DNA of 64,000 nt from an uncultured Opitutia bacterium (GCA_903869665.1 CAIPZZ010000030.1:12857-76856); one strand, 5' to 3'; counted from the first letter of the stretch, positions 52,516 through 62,115 are shown. A program made the numbers and translations. Notes: generated from the sequence alone by a model not told the origin.

Positions 52516-53099
52516 GCCTCACCGGCAAAGATCTCATCGCGCTCTACAAAAAGCAGCCCGTGGGCATCACCTGCGGCCTGGTTAGCCTCGGCTTGGTCGC
52601 CTTCATGTTCACGGTTCGCTCCGGCGCCGAGGACGAAGCCCAGAAGCTCCTCGACGAGAAAAAGGCCGAGGCCAACCGGCTCGTGGCCAACAACACCAAC
52701 TCCAAAGGACTCGACAAGCAGACGACCGAGCTCTCGGAGCTTAACAAGGCCGCGCACGACCGTGCCGTCGTCGCCGACGACCTTTCTCCCAACCTCGGCT
52801 ATTTTTACGAGATCGAGGACGCCGCGAAGGTGAAGAATCTCAACACTGCCCAGCTCGGCCTCGTCCCCCCCTCGGGAAAAAACCCGCCTAAGACCGTCTA
52901 CCAGCCTGTGGCCTACAAGGTATCCGTGCAGGGCGATTTCGCCCAAATTGTGGATCTCATGCACCGCATTGAGCAGGGCTCCCGCTTCTCTCGGGTCATG
53001 GACGCCAAACTTGCACCCTCCGCTCGGGAGGGTCCCGAGGCCAGTAAGCTCTCCCTCGTGCTGTCCTTGGAACTGCTCGGCCTGCCTTCCACCCCATGA
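52512..53099 (+). CDS. PilO-like bitopic assembly protein
   Basis: 4-nt overlap with previous gene; TM helix, coiled coil, C-terminal domain (YKVSVQGDFAQIVDLMHRIEQGSRFSRV) as in PilO. Confidence 0.62.
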   Translation: MSLTGKDLIALYKKQPVGITCGLVSLGLVAFMFTVRSGAEDEAQKLLDEKKAEANRLVANNTNSKGLDKQTTELSELNKAAHDRAVVADDLSPNLGYFYEIEDAAKVKNLNTAQLGLVPPSGKNPPKTVYQPVAYKVSVQGDFAQIVDLMHRIEQGSRFSRVMDAKLAPSAREGPEASKLSLVLSLELLGLPSTP

Positions 53100-53638
53100 A
53101 CGCCGCCCGCAAAATTTTTCTGCTTCTTCCCGCGCTTGCCGTCGCCGTCGCGTCCGCCGCGCCTGACATTCCCCCGCCCAAAAAACGTGGCGAAACCCTC
53201 GATCTCGCCCAGCGGCTCGTCCACCCCAACAAGTCAGCCCCGCTGCCGGCCGCCACCGCGCTCAATGATCCGTTCAACCCGCCCTCGCCTCCCGAGGCCG
53301 AGCCGGTCGCAGGCAGCACCGCCGACCCCTTCGCCCCGCCCCGCCCGGCCAACACCGATCCCGCCGCCCCGCCCAAGCCGCCCGGTGATTTCGAGACCCT
53401 CGAGGCCATCGCCTCCTCGCTCACGCCCAATTTGCTCATCGTCGGCGGTGAGCGCATGCTCATCTTCGGCCAGAACCGCAAAAAGGCCGGCGACCAGCTC
53501 CTCGTCACCTACAAGGGCACGCCGTATGAGCTGACGATCACGGCCATTGACGCCGACGGCAACTTCACCCTTCGCCTCCGCGCCGCAGAATACCAACGCC
53601 CCGTCAAGCTCTCCAAAAGCAACAAACCTTCGCCATGA
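53096..53638 (+). CDS. PilP-like periplasmic protein
   Basis: 4-nt overlaps on both sides; signal peptide, Pro-rich linker, small C-terminal beta domain (GDQLLVTYKGTPYELTITAID); call rests mainly on position. Confidence 0.48.
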   Translation: MNAARKIFLLLPALAVAVASAAPDIPPPKKRGETLDLAQRLVHPNKSAPLPAATALNDPFNPPSPPEAEPVAGSTADPFAPPRPANTDPAAPPKPPGDFETLEAIASSLTPNLLIVGGERMLIFGQNRKKAGDQLLVTYKGTPYELTITAIDADGNFTLRLRAAEYQRPVKLSKSNKPSP

Positions 53639-55422
53639 ACCCGCGCAAATTTCTCCCGCTTCTCCTCGCCGCGCCCCTCTTCGCCCTCGCCCAAGCACAG
53701 CCCGCGCCGGCCCCGGCCGCGCCCGCCGAGCAGCCCGCCGCGCCTGCGGTCGCAGCCCCGGCCGTCGTGCCCGCGACGCCTGCGGTCACCCCCACGCCCC
53801 GCCTCGATGTCGTGGTCGCCCCCGCCACGCCCGCCACCACCGTCGCCAAGGAGAAGGACACCCAGAAGGACACCCTCAAGGTCGAGTTCTCGGAGCCCAC
53901 CGACATCCGCGAGATCCTAGTCAACGTCGCCGCGCTCTTCGACCTCAACATCCACATCCCGGACACCCTCCAGGGCAAAACCACCCTCGCCCTCCACGAC
54001 GTGACTTGGAAGCAAATCTTCAAGACCGTGCTTTCCCCGGTCAATTTCACCTTCATCGAGGACGGAAACATCATTGAGATTGTCAGCCAGGACGCGCTCG
54101 ACAAGGAGCCGACCACCACTGAGGTCTTCCCTGTCAACTACGCCAAAGCCTCCGACCTCGGCGATCCCGCCAAAGGCCCGGTCGCCCCGATGCTCACCCC
54201 CGCCGCCGGCGAGAAATTGATCGTGGACGCCCGCACCAACAGCCTCGTCATCACCGCCCGCCCCTCGGTCATGGCCAAGCTCCGGCCGATCATCAAGCAG
54301 CTCGACCGCGCCACTGACCAAGTGATGATCGAGTCGAAGTTCGTCGAAGTCCGAAACAGCGACGTCGAAAACCTCGGCGTCAAGTGGGCCTCGCTCTCGG
54401 GCGTCGGCCTCAACGCCGGCAACCTACAGAGCTCCGTCACCCGCACCACCGACCAGCAGAAAAGCAACAATTTCAGCAACGGGGCCAACAACCAGACCGG
54501 TGCCACCAACACCACCAGCAACACCAACGGCAACTCCAACAACTTCAACCTCACCTCCGGCAGCTCCGGCAACACCAACAGCCTCACTGTCACCAATACC
54601 CAAAGCAGCGCCGCCGGCAACGGCAGCAACGCCGCCAGCACCAACACCCTCGACAACCTCACCTCGCTCCTTGGCGCGCGCGACATCGTGCGCGAGACGA
54701 CAGCCGTCTTCTCCGCCACCGACTTCAACCTCGTCCTCAGCGCCCTCCAGACCCTCGGCGGCACCAAAGTCGTCTCCAACCCCACTATCGTCACCCTCAA
54801 CAATTCTGAGGCCGTCATCAACGTCGGCGAGGAGCACCCCATCCCCGAGTTCGCCTACAACGACCAGCGCGGCACCTTCGAGGTCAAGGGCTTCACCTAC
54901 CGCCCCATCGGCGTCATCCTCAAGGTCACCCCGCAGGTCAACGGCCTCGGCGACATCCGTCTCACCCTCGCGCCCGAGGTTAGCCAGCCCAACGGCAACG
55001 TCACCTTCGGCGGCGCCGCCGGCACCGAAATTCCCATCATCGCTTCCCGCAAGGCCACCACCTCCGTCTCCATTCGCGACGGCTACACCATGGGCATCGG
55101 CGGCCTTCTCACCTCCAACGCCGTCACCGGCGGTAGCAAAGTGCCCATCCTCGGCGACATCCCGGTGATCGGTCGGCTCTTCAGCTCCAAGAGCCACGAC
55201 GTCACCACCACCAACCTGCTCATCTTCATCACCGCGCGCGCGGTCTCCTCCCAAGGCGCGCCCGCCGAGGTCATCTTCAACTCCGAAAAAGTCCGCAGCA
55301 CCGGCCTGACCCGCGAGGAGCTTCCCGGCTACCGCGACGGCACCGACCCCTTTGCTCCACTCCCGATGCCGCCCAAGCCCGCCACCAGCACCAAGTCGGC
55401 CGCTCCCACTAGTCGCAAATAA
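53635..55422 (+). CDS. secretin (PilQ/GspD family)
   Basis: Signal peptide, Ala/Pro-rich linker, N0/N1-like domains, C-terminal secretin core (VVSNPTIVTLNNSEAVINVGEE, GVILKVTPQVN, KVPILGDIPVIGRLFSS, NLLIFITARAV). Confidence 0.9.
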   Translation: MNPRKFLPLLLAAPLFALAQAQPAPAPAAPAEQPAAPAVAAPAVVPATPAVTPTPRLDVVVAPATPATTVAKEKDTQKDTLKVEFSEPTDIREILVNVAALFDLNIHIPDTLQGKTTLALHDVTWKQIFKTVLSPVNFTFIEDGNIIEIVSQDALDKEPTTTEVFPVNYAKASDLGDPAKGPVAPMLTPAAGEKLIVDARTNSLVITARPSVMAKLRPIIKQLDRATDQVMIESKFVEVRNSDVENLGVKWASLSGVGLNAGNLQSSVTRTTDQQKSNNFSNGANNQTGATNTTSNTNGNSNNFNLTSGSSGNTNSLTVTNTQSSAAGNGSNAASTNTLDNLTSLLGARDIVRETTAVFSATDFNLVLSALQTLGGTKVVSNPTIVTLNNSEAVINVGEEHPIPEFAYNDQRGTFEVKGFTYRPIGVILKVTPQVNGLGDIRLTLAPEVSQPNGNVTFGGAAGTEIPIIASRKATTSVSIRDGYTMGIGGLLTSNAVTGGSKVPILGDIPVIGRLFSSKSHDVTTTNLLIFITARAVSSQGAPAEVIFNSEKVRSTGLTREELPGYRDGTDPFAPLPMPPKPATSTKSAAPTSRK

Positions 55423-55459
55423 CTTGTTTTAATGCGGTTTGCCGCCAACCTCCTCCGCC

Positions 55460-55466
55460 AAGGAAG
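55460..55466 (+). promoter_or_regulatory. Shine-Dalgarno sequence of the giant gene
   Basis: AAGGAAG ends 3 nt upstream of ATG 55470. Confidence 0.5.
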
Positions 55467-55469
55467 CGC

Positions 55470-58400
55470 ATGAACGATCTCTCCCGCCGCCGGCCCCTCC
55501 GCTCGCTCCTGCTCGCCGCCGCCCTCGGCGCGCTCGGCGCGGGCCGTGCCACCGCCGACACCATCGCCGCCGGGCAGGACTTCGCGGGTGCGATTGACTC
55601 CGGCGGTGTGCTCCGCACTTGGGGCAAAAATGCCTCCGGCCAGCTCGGCCTCGGCTCCACCACCTCCTCCGTCTCCCAGCCCATGCCCGTCTCCGGCATC
55701 TGGAAGCATGTCGCGATGGGGCAGGACTTCACCCTCGCCATCAGCACCGCTGACGAACTCTGGGCTTGGGGCAACAACACCTCCGGTCAGCTCGGCACCG
55801 GCGGCACCGCGTCATCCTCGTCGCCTGTCCGCGTGTCCACGTCAAATTTTCCCGCCGGTTCGGTCGTCCGCGCCGTTGCTGCCGGGCAAAATTTCGCCGT
55901 GGCCCTCGTGGATGCTCCCGGCGATGCCGGCCGCATCTACGCCTGGGGCGACAACTCTCTTGGCCAGCTCGGCCAAGGTGATACCACCGCCCGCAGCACA
56001 CCCGCCCTCGTCAACGCCGCCACCCGCCGCTACTCCGCGATCACCGCGACGAGGTTCGAGACCGCTGTCGCCATCGCGACCGACGGCTCGCTCTACGCCT
56101 GGGGCGCCAACACCAACGGCGAGTGCGCGCAAAACAACCCCAGCACGCTCTCCTACACCACCCCGACGCGCATCGGCACGCAGACCGGCTGGACCGCCGT
56201 CGCCGGCGGTCTGCTGCACGTTCTCGCGCTGCGCGGCAACGAGCTTTACGGCTGGGGCGCCAACTCCTCCGGCCAGGCTGGCGTGCCGCCCACCGTGACT
56301 GTCATCAGCGGCATCCCGTTTTCCATCCCCGTCTCCACCGTCACCGCCCCAACGCGCATCGCCGCCTCGCAGACTTGGGCGGCCATCGGGGCGGGCCAGC
56401 TTCACAGCCTCGCGGTGGACTCCACCGGCGCGCTCTACGGGTGGGGCAGTAACCAACTCGGCCAGCTCGCGCTCAACATCACCAACACCGGTTCCGACCT
56501 CTACACTTCGCCCCAGCTCATCGGGGGCGCGCTCGCGCCTTGGGCCGCCGCCGCTGGCGGACTTAAGTTCACCGTGGCGCGCACCGCTGCCGGCGCGTTC
56601 TATACTGTCGGCAGCAACGATCTCGGCCAGCTTGGCAACGGCACTGTGGATTCAAACCTCAACACCACGCCGTCGTTCGGCGCCGCCTCCGTCGGCACGG
56701 TCAATCTCGCCGTCACCGCTGCCGTGCTCCCGGCCACCACTCTCGGCGTCAATACCGTCGTCCAGCCCGTCACAGTCACCGTCAACAACCACGGCGGCGG
56801 CGCGCTGACCTCTAGCTTTCTTGTGCAGCTTTACCTGTCGGACGACACGGTGCTCGACGCCTCGGATCGTCTGCTTGCCACCAGCACACAGGCTGGGCCG
56901 CTCGCCAGCCTCGGCTCGCGCACTGTCTCGTTCTCCTCGCCCGATGTCGCCATCCCTGAGATTCCGCCCGGCACGCGCACTCTGATCTCGCAGGCAAGCC
57001 CCGTTGGTGCGGGCAGCGCCGTCAGCCCCGCCAACGGCGCGGGCGTGAGCGTCACCCTCTCCGGCCCCGACCTCAAGGTGGACACGCTCGCCATCTCCGG
57101 CTCCACGACCGTGCTCGCGGGCACCTCGTTCAGCGGGGTCACCGCCGTGCTTCGCAATGTCGGCGTCGGCGCGGTCGCCGCTGGCCGCGCCATCCTCGTC
57201 AAGGCCTACCTCGGCACCACGACCACGCACAACGCCTCCGCCGACATCCCCGTTGGTCAGTTCACGTTCACCACGACAAGCAGTGGCCTCGCTCCCGGCG
57301 CTTCGGTCACGTTGCCCGCGCAGGCTTTCACCGTGCCGGCCGGCTCGGCTGGTGGCAGCTACCAGTTACTTTACACCATCAACGAGGACGGCGCTGTCAT
57401 CGAGACCGGCACGCAGGTCAACACCGCCGCGCTCACGGTGGCCGTCAGTTCGGCCGACCTCGTCGTCACCGCGCCGGACACCGGCGCGACCACGAGCCTT
57501 GGCGTCAATACCACTGTGCCGATCATCTCCACCGTTGTGACGAACATCGGCACGCAGGTGTTTTCAGCCGGCTACACCGTCCAGCTTTACCTTTCCACTG
57601 ACGCCACCTTCAGTCAGGACGACACCCTTCTCCAAACGCTTACGCAGAGCGCGGCACTGGACGTCTTTCCGAGCGTCACCAGTGGTATTCTGCTCAGTTG
57701 GAGCAACGTCGCCCTCCCCGATGCCACACCTGGCGCCTATTTCCTCCTCTCACGCGTCGTGCTGAATTCCGGCCAGACTGATGCCAATGCCGCCAACAAC
57801 GTCGCCGCCACCGCCGTCACACTCGTTGCGCCGACGCTCAGTTTAAGCAATTTCGTCTTTCCGAACACCACCAGTGTTTCCGTCAGCGGCTCCATCGGCA
57901 CCTTTGGCAACGTCACCTACCTACTCTCCAACACCGGCCGCGGTGCAGTGCCGGCGGGCAAGGCGGTGAGCGTCGAAGTGTTTCTCTCTACGGACACTGT
58001 GCTCGACCGTGCGGCCGACCCACAACTCGACCAGTATTCCTACGTCGGCGGTCTTGTCTCTGGCGGTGGCGTGACGCTTCCCAGTCCGCTCCATGCGATC
58101 AGTCTTCCGCAGGGCGTTCTCAACGGCATCTACAACCTGCTGTTCGTCGTCAACGGCACCGGCGCGGTCGCCGGCACCTCCGTCACCGTCACCAATCAGC
58201 AGGTCGCGGTCGGCGCGCTCGATGCCAGCGTAACCGCGCCCGCGCTCTCCTCGACCAGCCTCGGCGTCAACACTGCGCTCCCCAGCACTTCCGTCACGGT
58301 CAACAACCTCGGCGGCTTCGCCATTCCCGCCGGCACCGTCGTCAGCCTCTACCTCTCGACCGACGCGGCGATAGATCTCGGCGACACGCTGCTCAGCTCG

Positions 58401-61400
58401 CAGACAGTGGCCAGTTCCATTGCGGGCGGCACTTCGCGCTCGGTCACATTCACCGGCCTTTCCGTGCCAGACATCGGCCAGGGCTCGTTCCACTTGCTCG
58501 CGCAGCTCACACTGCCCGGCGGTCTGCTGGACCTCAACCTCGCCAACAACGTCGCCGACACCGCCGTCAGCCTGCAGCGGCCCAACTTGGCCATCAGCGC
58601 GATCAACGCCGCCACCACCGCCGATCTCGATGTCGCCGCGCCATCCATCAGCGGCGTAAGCTTCAGCCTCGACAACACCGGCCTCGGCGCTGTCTCCAGC
58701 AGCGCGACCGTGCTGCTGGAGGTGTATCTTTCCTCCGACAGCACGCTCAACCCCAGCACCGACACGCCGCTTCTCACCACCTCCCACAGCGGCGGGCTGG
58801 GCGCGACCGGCTCCGGCACGGCCAGCGCGACCATCGGGCCCTTCAGCCTCACGCTCAGCTCCGCCACCGTCGGCGGAAACTACTACCTCATCTTCGTCGC
58901 CAACCGCGACGCCGCTGTGCAGGAGAGCGACAGCACGGTCGCCACCGTCGCGCGGCAGGTCTTCCTGCAAAAAACGGACGCGCCCGGCCTCGCCTTCGAC
59001 TACGGCGCCGTCACCTTCAGCAGCAGCACCGGCGTAGTCCAGTGGGGCTCCGTGACCGACAACCGCGCCTCGGGCGGCACCGCATTCCAGAGCCCCTCGC
59101 TCAGCGCTGGCCAGACTGCCACGCTAACCATGACCGTCAATGGTCCGACCACCGTCAACGCGCCGTGGCTGATCATCGGCAACAACTCCGACACGGTTTC
59201 CTATGCGATTGACGGTGGCATCCCCGCCGACCTGAGCAGCGGGTCACTCACGGTGGGCGAGACCTACCAGATCGTGAACTACGTTGCCGGCGACGATTTC
59301 ACCGGTGTCGGCGCGAGCGCGAACACCACCGGCACCGTCTTCCGCGCGACCGGCACTAGCCCGACTTGGATCATGGGCAGCCAGCTTTCCATCGCCACGC
59401 TCTTTGGCTTCCAGCCCGCCTACAAGCCCAAGACCGTCACCGTCACCACCAGCGGCTCACACACCGTCTCCTGGATCTACACCCAAGGTAGTAGCTCGAC
59501 CGCCAGCTTCGCGCGCGTGGATTTGGATCTGCCCAGCTTCTCCACCAGCGGCGATGGCATCTGGTCGGGCGCGCTCTCTAGCTCCACGCCGCTCTTCCCG
59601 GCCCCGAGCGGCACCGACAGCTTCGTCCGCTCGCCCACGCTCTCGCTGTCCGGCCAGCAGGCCGCCTTGCAGGTGCCGGTCACCGGGCCGGGCGTGGCCA
59701 GCTTTTGGTGGCGCGCGGAGAGCGATCCCTTGGACACCCTCAGCTTCTACATTGACGGCGAGCTGGCCGAGCTCCCAACCACCACCTTCTTTACCGATCC
59801 CTCGCAGGCCGTGATCTCGGGCAGCACCGCTTGGGCGAACGTCGCCTTTCTTGTCGGCTCCGGCACCCACACCCTGAGCTGGACTTACGCGCAGAACAGC
59901 ACCAACACCGCCTCAGCCGTTTTCCTTGATGGCTTGCAGGTCTCCTCCCCCATTCCGGCGGCCAACGTCATCAACCGCAACACCGACCTTGCCACCCACG
60001 CCGCCGTCCCCCTCGTCAACCTCGACCTTGCCCTTGGCGACCTGACCCTGCCACCCGAGTTCGACGCGGTTCGCTCGCTGGATGAGAACGACGAATACTT
60101 TGGCAGCGGCGTATTTCTGCTCGACGACGCCAACGGCACCGGCCGGATGCCTGTCACCATTTCCCTGCTCAACAACGGCGACGATTTCGACGCGACGCAG
60201 CTCGGCAACGTCACCTGGCCCGGCCCCGATCTGGCCGACCTTGAGTTGCACCTCTCCACCAACCTGACCTTCGGCGACAGCGACGACGTCAACCTCGGCA
60301 GCTTCGCCAACCTCGATACTTTCGACTTCGGCAGCGAGGCCATATTCGACGGCGAGATCAACCTGCCCTTCGACATCCCGAGTGGCGACTACTACCTGCT
60401 CATCCGCTACGCCGGCACCGCCAATACCGCCGCCGCAGCCGACGCCGAGTTCACCCTCGCCAACAACACCGCCATCGCCGGCCCCTACCGCATCAAGCGC
60501 GCGCCCGACCTCCAGATTGACAACTTCTCCGGACTCTCCTCCACCGCGCCCTACCATCCCGAGGACTCTCTGGTCATCTCCTACGACATCACCAATCCCG
60601 GCCTTGGCACCGTCCAGCCCGCCCAGCCCTTCAAGGTGCAGGTGGACCTCATGGGCCTCGCCCTCGACGGCACTGATCTCTCCGCCGGCAAGGTCGTGAA
60701 AAGCTACTCCGCGGTCACGCACCGGGTATTCCTCCCCGAGGTCAGCGGCCAGTATCCCGACGGCGGCATTGTGCCGGTCACGCACTTCTTGGATATTCCC
60801 TCGCTCCGCGACACCTTGGCAGGCCTCGGCGAGATCGCCAGCTCCGCAGCCGAGGACTCCGCCGAGGTCGCGGCCAAGGTCTTCCGGCTCGCCACCTACA
60901 AGTTCTACTTCCGCATCACCGTGGACTCGGAGAACGCCATCGCCGAGTCGAGCGAGACGAACACCTTCTACTTCGGCAGCGTCTTCTTGCTCAGCACCGT
61001 CCCCACGCAACTCAACCTCGGCCAGTATTTCGGCCAGACCGTTTTCAGCACGCTGACCAACGCCACCGCCCAGCAAAACCCCAATGTGGTGTTAAGTAAC
61101 ACGACTATTACGAGCGGCACATTACTCATTGGTCAAAGTTACGTTATCTGGGGATACAAATCAGGTGATGATTTCACAAACGTTGGGGCTGCCCAGAATG
61201 CCAATGGGGTGGTTTTCACGGCCACCGGGACAACGCCGACTGTTTGGACTCATGGGAGCAGCGTTACAATCCCAGCGTTCGCCTCGTTGGTGAAAGACTA
61301 CGCGCTCGGCATAGGCATCACCGGCTCACCCCTCACCGTTACGCAGTCGCAGGCGCAAAACGGCTATCCCTCGCTAGCCGTCCCGCCTGGCGGCACTGAC

Positions 61401-61982
61401 ACCTACCTGACCGAGACCTTCACCTTCAACACCCGTGCTGACGACGTGAAGATTGAAGTGCAGGCCTCCACCGATCCCACCTTCGCCACCGCGACCACGC
61501 TCATCACGCTCACGCCGCCCTACGGCGGCACCTCCGGCGACCACAGCCTCTCCGGTTTCGGCGGTCTCAAGGACCACCCCTACGTCCTCGCCGTGGATGG
61601 CAACAACACCAACGTGCAGGACACTTACGTGGCCCGTATTACGGTGCGTGACAGTGTGCCCGCAGCCAGCGCGAGCGCCCGCTTCATGCGCTTGAGCATC
61701 ACGCCCACGGCCAACCCGCCGACCGCGCCGACCGGCTTTGCGGTGGGCACGCCCACGGATGGCACGGTCACGCTCTCTTGGGCTGGCTCCACCTCCGGCT
61801 CCTTCCTGATTCAGCGCACGGCTTCCAGCAATCCCTCCACCACCACGATTGTCGGCGCGACCACGGGTAACACCATGAGCGATTCGTCGTTGCTGTCCGG
61901 CGTCACCTACACCTACTCGATTCAGGCAGTGAGCAGTGCCGGCGCGACAACCAGCAGCAGCGCCAATGTGAGCATTCCCTGA
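55470..61982 (+). CDS. giant secreted/surface protein: RCC1 beta-propeller, CARDB repeats, FN3
   Basis: 2170-aa ORF. N-terminal signal peptide. Seven RCC1 blades (W/YGxNxxGQLG repeated, about 55560-56670). At least eight CARDB-like domains (LYLS.D...D.LL ... NN endings). C-terminal fibronectin type III domain (TVTLSW...YTYSIQAVS). Confidence 0.9.
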   Translation: MNDLSRRRPLRSLLLAAALGALGAGRATADTIAAGQDFAGAIDSGGVLRTWGKNASGQLGLGSTTSSVSQPMPVSGIWKHVAMGQDFTLAISTADELWAWGNNTSGQLGTGGTASSSSPVRVSTSNFPAGSVVRAVAAGQNFAVALVDAPGDAGRIYAWGDNSLGQLGQGDTTARSTPALVNAATRRYSAITATRFETAVAIATDGSLYAWGANTNGECAQNNPSTLSYTTPTRIGTQTGWTAVAGGLLHVLALRGNELYGWGANSSGQAGVPPTVTVISGIPFSIPVSTVTAPTRIAASQTWAAIGAGQLHSLAVDSTGALYGWGSNQLGQLALNITNTGSDLYTSPQLIGGALAPWAAAAGGLKFTVARTAAGAFYTVGSNDLGQLGNGTVDSNLNTTPSFGAASVGTVNLAVTAAVLPATTLGVNTVVQPVTVTVNNHGGGALTSSFLVQLYLSDDTVLDASDRLLATSTQAGPLASLGSRTVSFSSPDVAIPEIPPGTRTLISQASPVGAGSAVSPANGAGVSVTLSGPDLKVDTLAISGSTTVLAGTSFSGVTAVLRNVGVGAVAAGRAILVKAYLGTTTTHNASADIPVGQFTFTTTSSGLAPGASVTLPAQAFTVPAGSAGGSYQLLYTINEDGAVIETGTQVNTAALTVAVSSADLVVTAPDTGATTSLGVNTTVPIISTVVTNIGTQVFSAGYTVQLYLSTDATFSQDDTLLQTLTQSAALDVFPSVTSGILLSWSNVALPDATPGAYFLLSRVVLNSGQTDANAANNVAATAVTLVAPTLSLSNFVFPNTTSVSVSGSIGTFGNVTYLLSNTGRGAVPAGKAVSVEVFLSTDTVLDRAADPQLDQYSYVGGLVSGGGVTLPSPLHAISLPQGVLNGIYNLLFVVNGTGAVAGTSVTVTNQQVAVGALDASVTAPALSSTSLGVNTALPSTSVTVNNLGGFAIPAGTVVSLYLSTDAAIDLGDTLLSSQTVASSIAGGTSRSVTFTGLSVPDIGQGSFHLLAQLTLPGGLLDLNLANNVADTAVSLQRPNLAISAINAATTADLDVAAPSISGVSFSLDNTGLGAVSSSATVLLEVYLSSDSTLNPSTDTPLLTTSHSGGLGATGSGTASATIGPFSLTLSSATVGGNYYLIFVANRDAAVQESDSTVATVARQVFLQKTDAPGLAFDYGAVTFSSSTGVVQWGSVTDNRASGGTAFQSPSLSAGQTATLTMTVNGPTTVNAPWLIIGNNSDTVSYAIDGGIPADLSSGSLTVGETYQIVNYVAGDDFTGVGASANTTGTVFRATGTSPTWIMGSQLSIATLFGFQPAYKPKTVTVTTSGSHTVSWIYTQGSSSTASFARVDLDLPSFSTSGDGIWSGALSSSTPLFPAPSGTDSFVRSPTLSLSGQQAALQVPVTGPGVASFWWRAESDPLDTLSFYIDGELAELPTTTFFTDPSQAVISGSTAWANVAFLVGSGTHTLSWTYAQNSTNTASAVFLDGLQVSSPIPAANVINRNTDLATHAAVPLVNLDLALGDLTLPPEFDAVRSLDENDEYFGSGVFLLDDANGTGRMPVTISLLNNGDDFDATQLGNVTWPGPDLADLELHLSTNLTFGDSDDVNLGSFANLDTFDFGSEAIFDGEINLPFDIPSGDYYLLIRYAGTANTAAAADAEFTLANNTAIAGPYRIKRAPDLQIDNFSGLSSTAPYHPEDSLVISYDITNPGLGTVQPAQPFKVQVDLMGLALDGTDLSAGKVVKSYSAVTHRVFLPEVSGQYPDGGIVPVTHFLDIPSLRDTLAGLGEIASSAAEDSAEVAAKVFRLATYKFYFRITVDSENAIAESSETNTFYFGSVFLLSTVPTQLNLGQYFGQTVFSTLTNATAQQNPNVVLSNTTITSGTLLIGQSYVIWGYKSGDDFTNVGAAQNANGVVFTATGTTPTVWTHGSSVTIPAFASLVKDYALGIGITGSPLTVTQSQAQNGYPSLAVPPGGTDTYLTETFTFNTRADDVKIEVQASTDPTFATATTLITLTPPYGGTSGDHSLSGFGGLKDHPYVLAVDGNNTNVQDTYVARITVRDSVPAASASARFMRLSITPTANPPTAPTGFAVGTPTDGTVTLSWAGSTSGSFLIQRTASSNPSTTTIVGATTGNTMSDSSLLSGVTYTYSIQAVSSAGATTSSSANVSIP

Positions 61983-62029
61983 GCGTGTCGCTCATCCTTT
62001 AGGGCCGGCCCTCGTAGCCGGGCTGGGTC

Positions 62030-62054
62030 ATTTTCCTGCAAGGAAAATTATTTC
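62030..62054 (+). terminator. weak candidate terminator after the giant gene
   Basis: ATTTTCCT-GCA-AGGAAAAT hairpin followed by TATTTCC; AT-rich 8-bp stem, weak U tract. Confidence 0.3.
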
Positions 62055-62115
62055 CGTCCGATTCCATGCGCTCTTATGGTTTCGCTGCGTCTTCTGTGGC
62101 CAACCGTCGGGCGGC

